Origin: Octopus sinensis
Taxonomy: Eukaryota
Length of the DNA: 34,003 bases
Reading direction: 5' to 3'
Assembly (NCBI RefSeq): GCF_006345805.1
Contig: NW_021834481.1
Location: 1-34,003 of the forward strand
In this document: positions 1 to 10,003 of the stretch, one piece after another
Layout of the letters: every line of letters begins with the position of its first letter
Numbering within the stretch: the stretch's first letter is position 1
Notes under the pieces: generated by a model
The model's database searches: none
What the model was told of the DNA's origin: nothing
What the model saw: only the letters and a program-made list of their open reading frames with translations
Made by a program: the position numbers and the translations under genes

Positions 1-1330
1 GCTGCTAAGACATCAGAGCGCCAAAGGTTATGACCGATAAAGTATATTGGGGAGTAACATCACTGATACAGCCCAGATCAGTCATATCAGGATTGCTGAA
101 AACAGAGCATATGTTTCTGCAATATCTCTCCCATGGTTTTGGCATTGTCTTGAAGAGTACCATTTTCATCAATCAGAGGGCCAACAGTAGAACCAGTGAC
201 TCTGTGTATTTTTGCAAATGAAAAGAACACTTTGGGATTGAGTTTGATCTTCTCAATGGCCCAGGACTCTTCAGCTCTTCACTGACTATTGATGATAGAC
301 ATCATGTTGTTTTGGAGTTTATGTTTTTTAATCTCTAGCGACGAGATGGCAGTCAGGTTGGTGTGTTGCTGTTGACAGTATTTCAGCTCGTTGATTTTTT
401 TGTTAATTCATTTAATTTTCCTGATGAGATATTTTCTATTTCTAGGGATTCGTCACTTAGATTTGTTTGCAGATCTTAATGGGGTGTGGTTTGCACATAT
501 GTTCGTAATGGTGTCTACAAATGACTGCCAGGACTTTTTGATGTTAGTGGGTGTGTATGTGTGCGTGAAGGACCAATCGACTTGTGCAAGATCATTATTG
601 ATCGCTTCCCAGTTTGCATTGTGGAAATCCATAGTGTCAAATGGATGAACAGGAGGGATGACATTTGTTTTGCATTTTGGCCGGTGAAATCTCAGATCAC
701 AGAGAACCATGTCATGGTCGGAGAGTAGAGTTTCTCCACTGCAATATTGTGGGTAGTATCAGTGTGATTGCTGAAAATTAAGTCTAAGAGGTTTTTGTGA
801 CATCTCGTTGGTTCGAGCACCAGTTGGGACAGGAAGAAATCATCCATGAAGTCAAGAAGCGATTCCACTGCCTCCCTGTCAGGGGTTGAGAGAGAAGAAC
901 CTGACGGCAGACTGTTTGTAGACCAGTCAACCCCGGGAAGGTTGAAGTCTCCCATCATTAAAATGTTGTCAGGTTGACACTGCTGAATGAAACACTTTAT
1001 GTTGTTGAGGCATTCCTTGAAGCATGGTAGGGGCGTTTGGGGTGGTCTGTAGAGCCCAACTACTGTTAAGTTGTTGGTTTGACTGAATACAACGACTGCT
1101 ACGCAGTATCCATTGGAAAATATGTTCATAGCTTCTGTTGAGAATGAATTATGAACATAAATGGCAGTTCCACCTTTTCTTCTGCCAGCACGAATGGCTT
1201 TGAAATTTTCACTTTCACCTTGGCTTCCAAGTGGAGGTTACTAAGATGGCTTTCAGTGAGGACGAAGAAAGGGATGTGGTTTGGATGGGGCATCGACCAG
1301 TCCTCCAGGAATTTTATCTTCCATTTTTTA
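1..1330 (-). pseudogene. Decayed CR1-like LINE ORF2 N-terminus: AP endonuclease plus linker, frameshifted, running off the left edge
   Basis: Minus-strand peptides across frames: [69 protein letters not shown], then linker GPL...DENGTLQDNAKTMGEILQ. Confidence 0.85.
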
Positions 1331-1428
1331 GTATATATATATATATATATATACATAGGTATATACCTACATATATATATATAAATATAAATATAAAATA
1401 TAATATATATATATATATATACATACAA

Positions 1429-1505
<77 letters not shown>
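1331..1505. repeat. (AT)n-rich microsatellite
   Basis: Direct inspection. Confidence 0.95.
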
Positions 1506-1509
<4 letters not shown>

Positions 1510-1880
1510 CATAAATACATGCATTCATACATATACACGTGTATATACCCACATACGCATATATATCTAAAACAAAAAAAACCCGATCATGTCCAAAGGG
1601 TAGTACTAGATAGTTTTCGGGTGTAATTAAATGTAATTATAATGTTTATTTGTTAAAGTTAACAGCAGAAAATTTGCATGTGTATGTTTGTATCTTCCTG
1701 CGCGAATGCAAATGTGCCCTTCGCATGCGAAAAACAAACGCACCTACATCTTAAACTGTCACGTCTTTTATTAATATGTCAAGGGAAGTAACTCTAAAAG
1801 TTGATTTTCAGTTATCTCCCTTACTGATGTAGTTAAGAGAATATAAACTTTTCTGGTTATTTTCTATTTTACACACTTAA

Positions 1881-2070
1881 TTTTTCAATTATTTGACTGC
1901 GGCCATGGTGGAGCAATGCCTTTCTTCGTGCAAATCGACCCCAGGACTTATACTTTGTAGGCCTAGTATTTAAACTATCGGTCCCTTTTTCCGAACCGCT
2001 AAGTTCGGGGAATTGTACACACCAGCACCCGTTGTCCAACGACGTTCGAGAAATAAACAGACATTACAAA
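1881..2070 (-). mobile_element. SINE fragment (cephalopod-type), paralog of 3061-3225
   Basis: Shares gcc-t-ggagc..gcctt, tttgtaggcctagtattta, cgctaagtt-cgggga, acacaccagcacc, ataaacagaca with 3061-3225; family and strand from memory. Confidence 0.6.
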
Positions 2071-2120
2071 CACACACACACACATATACACACACCACAC
2101 ACACACAACACACATATATA

Positions 2121-2152
<32 letters not shown>

Positions 2153-2305
2153 ATAATAGTTATCGCCATACTAATATGGCATTCTTATAAAATAAGAAAA
2201 AAGCTGTCCGCTTATTAGCTCCATGAGGCCATCGCCTTAAGTAGCTATTTGATACACAAACTGTATCCATATAACCTTCGAACAAGGGAGGTCAGTCGCT
2301 CCACA

Positions 2306-2375
2306 CTACTTGACGGCAGCTACAGACGCGTTTCGGGGTATTGCCCCTTTTCAATGCAGCGTAGCCAGCCAGTAG
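2306..2375 (-). ncRNA. Type I hammerhead ribozyme (U3-A8 variant)
   Basis: Reverse complement reads GCUGCA-UUGAAAA-GGGG CAAUA CCCC-GAAA CGCGU C-UGUAGC; core 2319-2360. Confidence 0.8.
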
Positions 2376-2673
2376 GTGTCGCTTCCGACAATCTCTGTTC
2401 GATGGTTTTATTTACCTAGTTTCGGTGGAATACATCCACTTGTTTTCAATAATAGAAATATTAAAATAACTAAGTCTCTCTAAAAGAGAACAGCGGCAGC
2501 GTTCCCGGAATGCCATATTAGTATGGCGATAACTATTATTTTCGGAACGCTGCCGCTGTTCTCTTTTAGAGAGACTTAGTTATTTTAATATTTCTATTAT
2601 TGAAAACAAGTGGATGTATTCCACCGAAACTAGGTAAATAAAACCATCGAACAGAGATTGTCGGAAGCGACAC

Positions 2674-2744
2674 CTACTGGCTGGCTACGCTGCATTGAAA
2701 AGGGGCAATACCCCGAAACGCGTCTGTAGCTGCCGGTCAAGTAG
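2674..2744 (+). ncRNA. Type I hammerhead ribozyme (U3-A8 variant), predicted cleavage after C2724
   Basis: Stem I GCUGCA(2689-94)/UGUAGC(2725-30); core UUGAAAA 2695-2701; stem II GGGG/CCCC; GAAA 2715-18; palindromic stem III ACGCGU; extended stem I UGGCUGGC/GCCGGUCA and CUAC/GUAG. Confidence 0.85.
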
Positions 2745-2956
2745 TGTGGAGCGACTGACCTCCCTTGTTCGAAGGTTATATGGATACAGTTTTGTGTATC
2801 AAATAGCTAACTTAAGGCGATGGCCTCATGGAGCTAATAAGCGGACAGCTTTTTTCTTATTTTTATAAGAATGCCATATTAGTATGGCGATAACTATTAT
2901 TTTCCGGAACGCTGCCGCTGTTCTCTTTTAGAGAGACTTAGTTATTTTAATATTTC

Positions 2957-2962
<6 letters not shown>

Positions 2963-3039
<77 letters not shown>

Positions 3040-3055
3040 TATATATATACATATA
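2963..3055. repeat. (AT)n microsatellite
   Basis: Direct inspection. Confidence 0.95.
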
Positions 3056-3060
3056 TATTC

Positions 3061-3225
3061 CATGCCGCAGCAGCGCCTTTATTCGCGAAATTCGAACCCA
3101 ATACTTATTTTTTGTAGGCCTAGTATTTAATCTATTTTCTCTTATGACGAAACGCTAAGTTACGGGGACATGAACACACCAGCACCGGTTGTCAAGCGGT
3201 GTTGGAGGGATAAACAGACATACAA
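3061..3225 (-). mobile_element. SINE fragment, paralog of 1881-2070
   Basis: Alignment by eye to 1881-2070. Confidence 0.6.
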
Positions 3226-3339
3226 ACGTGTATATATATATAGCCCCCCACACACACACACATATATGTATATATATGTTTGTGTGAGTGTGTGTGTGTG
3301 TGTGTGTGTATGTGTGTGTGTGTGTGTGTGTGTATGTTC

Positions 3340-3482
3340 CGCCTATCAATTCCACTCACAAGGTTTGGTGGCACGAGTCTATAGTAGAAGACACTAGCCC
3401 AAGATAACATGCAGTGGGACTGAACCAAGAACACTGCGTTTCGTAGGGAAGCTACTTATCACACAGCCATTCCTACGCCTAT
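3340..3482 (-). mobile_element. tRNA-derived SINE 5' part
   Basis: Minus strand reads ATAGGCGTAGGAATGGCTGTGTGATAAGTAG (A-box-like) ... GGTTCAGTCCCACTGC (B-box-like) ... TTGGGCTAGTGTCTTCTACTATAG. Confidence 0.6.
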
Positions 3483-3605
<123 letters not shown>

Positions 3606-3618
3606 ATATATCTCAGTG

Positions 3619-3720
3619 GGGGGTTGCCTGCTTACCAACCACATTGTTCCTGGTGCAGTCCCACCGCGTGGCAGCTTAGACAAGTGTTTTCTTCTATCGT
3701 CCCGAGTCGACTAAATCCTT
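3619..3720 (+). mobile_element. Diverged SINE head, same family as 3340-3482 in opposite orientation
   Basis: ggtgcagtcccaccgcgtggcagcttagacaagtgttttc parallels the reverse complement of 3380-3430. Confidence 0.5.
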
Positions 3721-3897
3721 ATTTTGTTGATGAGGAAACATATGTACAACATTAATCCATTATTTAGTTGTAATTTAATTTCATAACGTTGACTGTGGTG
3801 CTATTTCTATGTGGAATATAGTCGGCGACTTTGACCGGTGGGTCTATGTCTAGCACATAGAGCTAACATACTCAAAGTTGGCTCTCTAATATTTACG

Positions 3898-3948
<51 letters not shown>

Positions 3949-3951
3949 TTA

Positions 3952-4250
3952 TGGCTGCCCCCTCATCATCGAGTATGGCCATTGCACGAAGCTTAACTGT
4001 TACTGGAGGTGTGATCGAATGTGACTTTTTAGCCCAGTCTTGTACAGAATTGGCAACTAAAACCTTTACCGGTAATAGCCGGCTGTAGTTGTAACTGGGC
4101 TTCATGTACCTTTGCATGTCGTTTAAGTCCTCCCGCCGAATTACACTCTCTTCCACATGCCCGACAGATATGATTAGCATGGTGTGTTACACCACCCCCA
4201 GTGGCCAGGTTGTCACTCATCTGTCTCGTTTTATGACTACGAAGTCTATT
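3952..4250 (-). pseudogene. 3' end of an RTE-like LINE: two C2H2-like fingers plus short 3' UTR
   Basis: HICRACGRECNSAGGLKRHAKVH; a second finger FSCQFCTR../GLKSHIRSHLQ* split by a frameshift; short tail ending in (AT)n; no splice context. Confidence 0.55.
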
Positions 4251-4570
4251 CCTGTATGTATGTATGTATGCATGCATGTATGTGCGTATATGAGTATGTC
4301 TATAACAATAATATATGCATACATATGCATATGTATTATATATTTATATATGTATACACACATAGATACATACATACATACATGTATATACACACACATA
4401 CATACATACATACATACATACATACATGCATACACACCCATACCTACATACATACATGCATACACACCCATACATACATACATACATGCATACATACCCA
4501 TACATGCATGCATACATACATACATACATACATACATACATACATACATACTCACAAACGCATACACATG
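4251..4570. repeat. Compound (TATG)n/(TACA)n microsatellite
   Basis: Direct inspection. Confidence 0.9.
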
Positions 4571-5382
4571 TCATATGTGTGTATTGAATAAATTTGAATA
4601 ATTGTGTGTATGTGTGTGTGTGTGCATTTGCGTGTGTGTTTGTGAGTGTGTGCGCGCGCGCGCGACAGAAAGACAGACAGAGAATGAGATTGAAGCATCT
4701 ACTTTCTAATCCAAAGTAATATAATTGTTTCCATATTGTGTTTATGACGTCACAATATCGTTGACGTTTTTTTTTTTTTCGTGAGATTTGGTTTGAAAAC
4801 TCTTCAGTCTCTTTCAACCTTTCTCGGTGATTAGAGGCTAGGGAATGTGTGCGCCAGGGGGCATACCCAGACATCTGAAGACTAGGGTGAAGTAACAGAC
4901 ATCTTCAGCTTGTTTTTGATGTTTGTGAGGTTGTTTTATGCACCTTTGAGTTCTTAAGCACCCAATCTAACATGCTGGTTGGTAGCATAACATAGTGACA
5001 AGGTTTCCGGTAGCATTCCTGTACCCGGATGAACTGTTAACCAGGCCATTTCAGGAGAGAAAACCTGGGGGTTCCAACCAGAAACATATACCTCACTCGC
5101 AATACATTCAATAATATATTTTATTATAAATAGTGAGAAAGTAAAGAATGTGACGTTAAATAATAAAGATGATGGAAACGAAATACTGCTTCCTCAAGTT
5201 ATAATCATTCGTGTGTCAAGAAAATATACTTATAAACATGGTAAGTATTTAAATGAATATAAAAAATATTGTCTGTTGCTATTAAACTGTTTGAAGATCT
5301 TTTTAAGAGATTTTTTTTTATAGTAAAGCAAAATAAATTCTTCATTAGATGTTCGATATTCTGCTTATATCACTATTTTTTG

Positions 5383-5610
5383 TTCCTTCTCGAGTCATGC
5401 CTGGCTCATGAGGGTCGGTTTCCCTCTTTCATTGGCGTATAGGTTCCCTACCTGGACAGGATACCGGTCTCTCGCATGTGAGCTGCTAGATGCAGGAGGA
5501 AAGTGTGAGAGGAAGTTGTGGCGAAAGAATCAGCGAAAGTTAACTATTTCATTACCTTCTGCCGGAGCCACGTGGTGCTTATGTGTTTTGCTCATAAACC
5601 ATAAACACAC
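5383..5610 (-). mobile_element. Body and 3' part of a tRNA-derived SINE split by LTR element B1 (head at 17506-17591)
   Basis: ...gctcataaaccataaaCACAC|LTR ... LTR|CACACacatcccccggtctgagattcgaacc rejoins into one SINE; continuity partly from recalled family sequence. Confidence 0.65.
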
Positions 5611-5664
5611 TGTGGTGTGTGGTGAAGGAGTGTGACGGATGGGGGAGAGCGGAAGTGGGGCTTG
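5611..5664 (+). repeat. Truncated 5' LTR of B1, fused by deletion to mid-gag (PBS lost)
   Basis: Matches the first ~54 nt of LTR 17245; 5665-5749 matches B2 gag at about 22801-22885. Confidence 0.85.
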
Positions 5665-5749
5665 GGGAGAATGAGATGGACTGGGCAACAGGTGGACGTG
5701 TTTGCCAATGAGCTTAGAAGACTGGCTAAATTGGCGGGTTATGAGGGAG

Positions 5750-6045
5750 TGTAGTGAGTGTGTGCGATTTGAATATAGAGGCACCTACCTTCTCTTCGTG
5801 GTGACGGAGATCCTCCCGAGATGGCTGGTCCTTCCTCACAGCCCCTACCCGAACACTAACGATAGCAGCTGCTAGCCCCAAACCCTTTAGCGACTTCCTC
5901 GCACGTCTTGTCACCAGCACAACCCACGTTGGAAAGGTCAACTTCCGCCCTCTGCGCGCGCTTGACGGCTGACCCCTTCCGCTTTCCCCAGCTTCCGGTC
6001 AACGCACCCCGCTGGCTGACGTCCTGCTGCTGACGCCATCCCACA
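5750..6045 (-). repeat. 3' LTR of element A (296 bp)
   Basis: Near-identical to 9680-10003; sense TGTGGG...CACTACA. Confidence 0.95.
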
Positions 6046-6068
6046 CGCCACCCTGATCTTAAAGATCA
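6046..6068 (-). promoter_or_regulatory. Polypurine-tract-like AGATCAGGGTGGCG with adjacent TGATCT/AGATCA hairpin
   Basis: Abuts the 3' LTR; the same motif occurs in family B. Confidence 0.6.
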
Positions 6069-8260
6069 CAATCTCTCCGCTCCATGTTGTAGTCTACCAT
6101 CCAACCGGGAGAACGCCTTGCTCGTCGAGATCTTCTCAAGCTGGGCTCCTCACTCTCCCCCTCTCCCGAATCATCGTCCGTCGAAGCAACAATCCTGCGA
6201 AGGTCCAAGACATGTCGAGGTGTGCCATCTACGGATACGTTGCTTCTGGAATTGATCGCCGTCACCGTTCCTCTGCTCCATTGAGACGTACAGCGCGCCT
6301 TTGGTGGCTTGACCCAGACTTCCTCCCCTATTTTCACGCGAACGGGTCCCTTCTCTTCCTCGTGACCCTCTGGCGCTTTGCTCGGGTGCCTCCATTCATA
6401 TTTGAACACAGCTCTCTGCGGCACAGATTCCTCAGCCTGTCCGGATCGGGGAGACAAGTTGTACCAAAAAACTGCTTCAAGCGGCGAAATGTGCCCTCTT
6501 TCCGCTATGGCCTTGACTGTCCGATGGTACCTCTCCACGATCCCGTTACCGCCCGGCCTATACGCTGCTCTGAACAAGCGTCGCACGTTCCACCGATCAA
6601 GCATAACCCTCAATGCTTCCGAACGAAACGCCGCCCCGTTGTCCATCAGTAGTTCTTCCACGGGACCTCTCTCTAAAAATATCCCGTTCAGGATCTGCAC
6701 GATCTCGTCAGCAATGCCCGATCTCAACTCCCTCCAAATGGCCAGCCGGCCCGGCCCACAGTCGACCATGGAGAGGTACATTCGCTGACGGTAGTGTGTC
6801 ACATCCACAGCTAGCCTTTTCCAGTTCTGCTCCACGGAAAGGCTTCCCTGTTCATGCCCACACGGAGCAGGGTCGATGGACTGACACCTGTCGCAGCTCC
6901 CGACCACCTTCCGGACGCTTCTCCTGGTCACGTCAGCATCAATCTTTTTTGCCAGATACAGGGTCCTGTCCACACCCAGGTGATGCATAGCGTGCAGTTT
7001 CTTCAGTTCAGAGTCATCCAACCGACACGCCGCAGCTATCCCTTTCCGGGCCTCCTCCGGTTCTTCCAACCACGCCCTTTTCACCCTGGTCAGTACGTCC
7101 GCCTTGTTTTTCTTCGAAGGCACGAAGACCACGTTCAGCTTCAGTCCGAATTCGGCGATCAATTCACCTAGAACTCCTAGACGGCGCTTCACTAACATCT
7201 CCGCAGCACCTTTCGTCCGCACTCTCCTGTCACCGGTGATCACCGATCCTACCCAGCCAAGTACAGTGGCCGAATCCGTCCGCATTTCAATCGTGCGCAG
7301 CCCCCATTTCAAGGTCAAGTTCACCCCTTTCAGCAGCGCGTCTAATTCGGCGACATTGATGTGGTTGAAATCATCTGCTTTCCGAAGCCAGGCCGCGTCC
7401 TCCACCGCAGTGCCTTCGATTGCCAACACCACCCCTATCGCTATACTGCTAGCATCACACCAGACGGTCCCGCATTTCGTCTTGGGCACGTACCAGTTCC
7501 CCCTGACCGGGTCTTCCGCTCTTGTCCTCTCTAGAATCTCCTGCATCATCGCCACCGTCCCTTCTCCCACCTTGTCGCCCCACCTCTCTCCTTCTGCTCG
7601 TCTCTTGGTGTAACTACACGCCGTGCACAGCCATCCAGCGATCGGGTAGTGACCGACCAACTTCCCACACACCGAGAACAGCTCTCTCCTGCTGACGCTG
7701 GAACTCAGCTCTGGGATTTCATTTCCTCTCCGGAACACCAATTCACCTGATCTATCTCTTCGCAGCTTCAGCCCCAGCGCGGCTCCCCCTTCAATCGACT
7801 CCGGTGGCTTAGCAACCAGTCCGAACTTCTCCAGATGTCTCACTACCTCGTCGGCTGGCACTACAGTTTCGTCCACCAAAATGTCGTCAATGTAGGAGCT
7901 GGTGGCCTTCCTAATCTTGCCGTCTTTCCCTAGGACGGACCTAAGCACTGCCGCCATGATCTTCGGAGCGGAATTCAGCCCGAAACCCAGCCTGGTTAGA
8001 CAGTACGTCCGGCCCTTGTACCGCACCAGCTGATATCGCCATAGTTTGTCGCTCACATGGAGCTGCAAGTATGCCGATCTCAAGTCGACAATCGTCGCTG
8101 CCTCAGTCGACTGTCTCCACTTACGTAATGCCTCACCACAAACGTCTGTCGCCTCACCTCCCGTGTGACACGATATGTGCTGGTTTAGCTCCCTGAAGTC
8201 CAGCACCGGTCTGACTTTTCCCTTCGTAGGCTGCACCACCGCCATCAGGTAGCACTCCAC
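6059..8260 (-). CDS. pol: Element A pol RT-RNaseH-integrase (open 733 aa; the true start lies upstream via frameshift)
   Basis: RT VLDFRELN, VDLRSAY, RLGFGLNSAP, YIDD; RH CDAS, AELDA, TDS, NKADVL; INT HHLG..CDRCQ, VDVTH, MDNG, GIVER. Confidence 0.95.
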   Translation of the reverse strand: MECYLMAVVQPTKGKVRPVLDFRELNQHISCHTGGEATDVCGEALRKWRQSTEAATIVDLRSAYLQLHVSDKLWRYQLVRYKGRTYCLTRLGFGLNSAPKIMAAVLRSVLGKDGKIRKATSSYIDDILVDETVVPADEVVRHLEKFGLVAKPPESIEGGAALGLKLRRDRSGELVFRRGNEIPELSSSVSRRELFSVCGKLVGHYPIAGWLCTACSYTKRRAEGERWGDKVGEGTVAMMQEILERTRAEDPVRGNWYVPKTKCGTVWCDASSIAIGVVLAIEGTAVEDAAWLRKADDFNHINVAELDALLKGVNLTLKWGLRTIEMRTDSATVLGWVGSVITGDRRVRTKGAAEMLVKRRLGVLGELIAEFGLKLNVVFVPSKKNKADVLTRVKRAWLEEPEEARKGIAAACRLDDSELKKLHAMHHLGVDRTLYLAKKIDADVTRRSVRKVVGSCDRCQSIDPAPCGHEQGSLSVEQNWKRLAVDVTHYRQRMYLSMVDCGPGRLAIWRELRSGIADEIVQILNGIFLERGPVEELLMDNGAAFRSEALRVMLDRWNVRRLFRAAYRPGGNGIVERYHRTVKAIAERGHISPLEAVFWYNLSPRSGQAEESVPQRAVFKYEWRHPSKAPEGHEEEKGPVRVKIGEEVWVKPPKARCTSQWSRGTVTAINSRSNVSVDGTPRHVLDLRRIVASTDDDSGEGESEEPSLRRSRRARRSPGWMVDYNMERRDCDL

Positions 8261-8917
8261 CCGCTACCTCCTCCTTCCAAGGGACAAGGACCCCTTCCTC
8301 GATCCACCTCTCCACCTCGTCTTCAAAACCAACCCTGGCTTGGCCTTTCAGGGTATGCTGGTAACAGCTCACCCTGTTCTCAAGTGTCGGGGGCTCGTCC
8401 TTCCATTCCACTCTATCGTCCACCGCTGACCATCGAACGCCGTCTGGAAGTCTTTGTCCTCGATGGTGTAAGCGGCGCAGTCCCTCGTGGGGCTCTGCTC
8501 CCCTGGCGATCCTGACTCGCAGTGCACAACGCCCCCACGCTTCCGAACGTGACCTCATTTCCCACAACACTGACGCCACCGAGGCAGTTGATGGCGTCCA
8601 TCCCCATCACCACATCAACTCCATTTATCACGCGTTCGGCCACAATTGCCTGTAGCCTTAGTGTCGCGCCGCGCACCACTATACTCTACCTTGCTGCTGC
8701 CTCTGCAACGGATTTCGCTGCCGTCGACCGCCCGGACACTACACACCCCGTTCCATTCCTTCGTCACCCTCGAAGTCACCAGGGTGGTCGTACAGCCCGT
8801 ATCCACAAGGGCCTTGAACGTCTCCCCTCTCGGCCTACATCAATTAATGGCAGCGTCTCCAATAGCGCCTCTACTCGTTTGAGGGGAAAGTTCGAGAGGC
8901 AGCAACTTCCCGCGGTC
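8261..8917 (-). pseudogene. Element A protease and PR-RT linker, broken by several 1-nt indels
   Basis: ALVDTGCTT, VRAVDG, VVMGMDAI, EWKDEPPTL..CYQH fall in different frames and are collinear with family B. Confidence 0.85.
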
Positions 8918-9634
8918 GTTTCCCTGGCCGCAATCACGGGCAATGTGCCCTGTCTGCCTGCATCGATAGCAAACGGGCCCCGGCTGCGTACAGTCCCGCG
9001 CCATATGCGGTCCCTGGCATCTAAAACACCGTCCTGAGAACGGCCGCTCTCGTTGCACGGTGGGCTTCTGTACCTCTTTCTCGGGACGTCGTCCGTCTTT
9101 ACGCGCCTCCGTCACCGCCATCGCTATCGCCTTCCGCCCAGAGTGTCTCGTCAACGCGCGAGCATGAGTTACAAGTTCGCTCAATGGCATCTTATTGACC
9201 CCGGGCAGTTGTTGTAGGTGAATCCCTACATCGTCGGGGAACCCATTCACGAACGCCAGTCGGGCTGCTCTCTCCAGTTCTTCTCCGGCAAACCCGGCCA
9301 GAGTCGCTAGCCTTCTAGCTTCCGATGCAAAATCATCCACCTGGCCTCCCGTCCACCTGATTGCACCTAGCTTAGCGAAAGCTGTGTACTCGCATTCCGT
9401 GTATGCGTCACACAAGCGCCGCTCTATATTCTCATCGCAGAGCCGTTCTTCGACATCCATCTCTAGGTAAAGCGACAACGCACTCCCTTCCAAATACAGC
9501 GCCATAAGACTCGCCACGTCGCTTATGCCCTGCAGTCTCGCCACCAGCCTGATTTTCTGAATCCAGGCCACTACATCGCCTTCGCCGTTAAAAGGTCTGA
9601 CGACGTCACTGGCGATCCTAATTTTTGCAGACAT
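8840..9634 (-). CDS. gag: Element A gag with two CCHC zinc knuckles (last ~20 aa probably misframed by a 1-nt deletion)
   Basis: CFRCQGPHMARDC and CYRCRQTGHIARDC; homologous to B2 gag. Confidence 0.9.
   Translation of the reverse strand: MSAKIRIASDVVRPFNGEGDVVAWIQKIRLVARLQGISDVASLMALYLEGSALSLYLEMDVEERLCDENIERRLCDAYTECEYTAFAKLGAIRWTGGQVDDFASEARRLATLAGFAGEELERAARLAFVNGFPDDVGIHLQQLPGVNKMPLSELVTHARALTRHSGRKAIAMAVTEARKDGRRPEKEVQKPTVQRERPFSGRCFRCQGPHMARDCTQPGPVCYRCRQTGHIARDCGQGNDRGKLLPLELSPQTSRGAIGDAAIN
8918..8924 (-). promoter_or_regulatory. -1 ribosomal frameshift heptamer G_GGA_AAC (element A)
   Basis: In gag frame; downstream GGGAAGTT/AACTTTCCC stem. Confidence 0.65.
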
Positions 9635-9666
9635 CGTGTTGAAAAAAAATGTGAATGTTTACGAAC

Positions 9667-9679
9667 TGCCGAAATAGCT
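9667..9679 (-). promoter_or_regulatory. Non-canonical primer-binding site AGCTATTTCGGCA (complement of tRNA-Phe nt 1-12)
   Basis: Directly follows the 5' LTR; plus strand 9668-79 reads GCCGAAATAGCT; identical in B2. Confidence 0.7.
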
Positions 9680-10003
9680 TGTAGTGAGTGTGTGCGATTT
9701 GAATATAGAGGCACCTACCTTCTCTTCGTGGTGACGGAGATCCTCCCGAGATGGCTGGTCCTTCCTCACAGCCCCTACCCGAACACTAACGATAGCAGCT
9801 GCTAGCCCCAAACCCTTTAGCGACTTCCTCGCACGTCTTGTCACGTCTTGTCACCTCGCACGTCTTGTCACCTCGCACAACCCACGTTGGAAAGGTCAAC
9901 TTCCGCCCCCTGCGCGCGCTTGACGGCTGACCCCTTCCGCTTGCCCCAGCTTCCGGTCAACGCACCCCGCTGGCTGACGTCCTGCTGCTGACGTCATCCC
10001 ACA
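9680..10003 (-). repeat. 5' LTR of element A (324 bp)
   Basis: Matches 5750-6045 apart from a ~28-nt micro-tandem expansion near 9830-9880 and a few substitutions. Confidence 0.95.

Larger units (their letters stand above)
2152..2962. mobile_element. Head-to-head inverted ~361-nt repeat carrying hammerhead ribozymes (retrozyme / Penelope pLTR-like), locus 1
   Basis: Minus-sense arm 2152-2510 and plus-sense arm 2508-2962 joined by GAA microhomology; period 361 (tgccatatt at 2511 and 2872); (AT)n on both sides. Confidence 0.85.
5750..10003 (-). mobile_element. Full-length Ty3/gypsy element A (4.25 kb) inserted in B1 gag
   Basis: Two LTRs with TG...CA ends; 4-bp TSD GGAG at 5746-49 and 10004-07; order gag-PR-RT-RH-INT; removing A restores GAGGGAGAGTCG as in B2 gag. 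Confidence 0.95.

Noticed and set aside
4029-4277. Host C2H2 zinc-finger gene exon
   Set aside because: The second finger is frameshifted, lacks TGEKP linkers, and ends in a LINE-like tail within microsatellite; better explained as an RTE-like 3' end.
4770-5100. GC-richer island with a short minus-strand peptide (MSGYAPWRTH...)
   Set aside because: No recognisable motif; cannot be assigned without a search.
5750-6045. Tf1-type self-priming as the explanation for the odd PBS
   Set aside because: Neither LTR family contains a sequence complementary to AGCTATTTCGGC beyond about 4 nt.
6054-6068. Partial complementarity of the PPT-adjacent hairpin to the tRNA-Phe anticodon arm (bipartite PBS idea)
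   Set aside because: Only 5-6 contiguous nt, explained by the GATC palindrome; too weak to claim.
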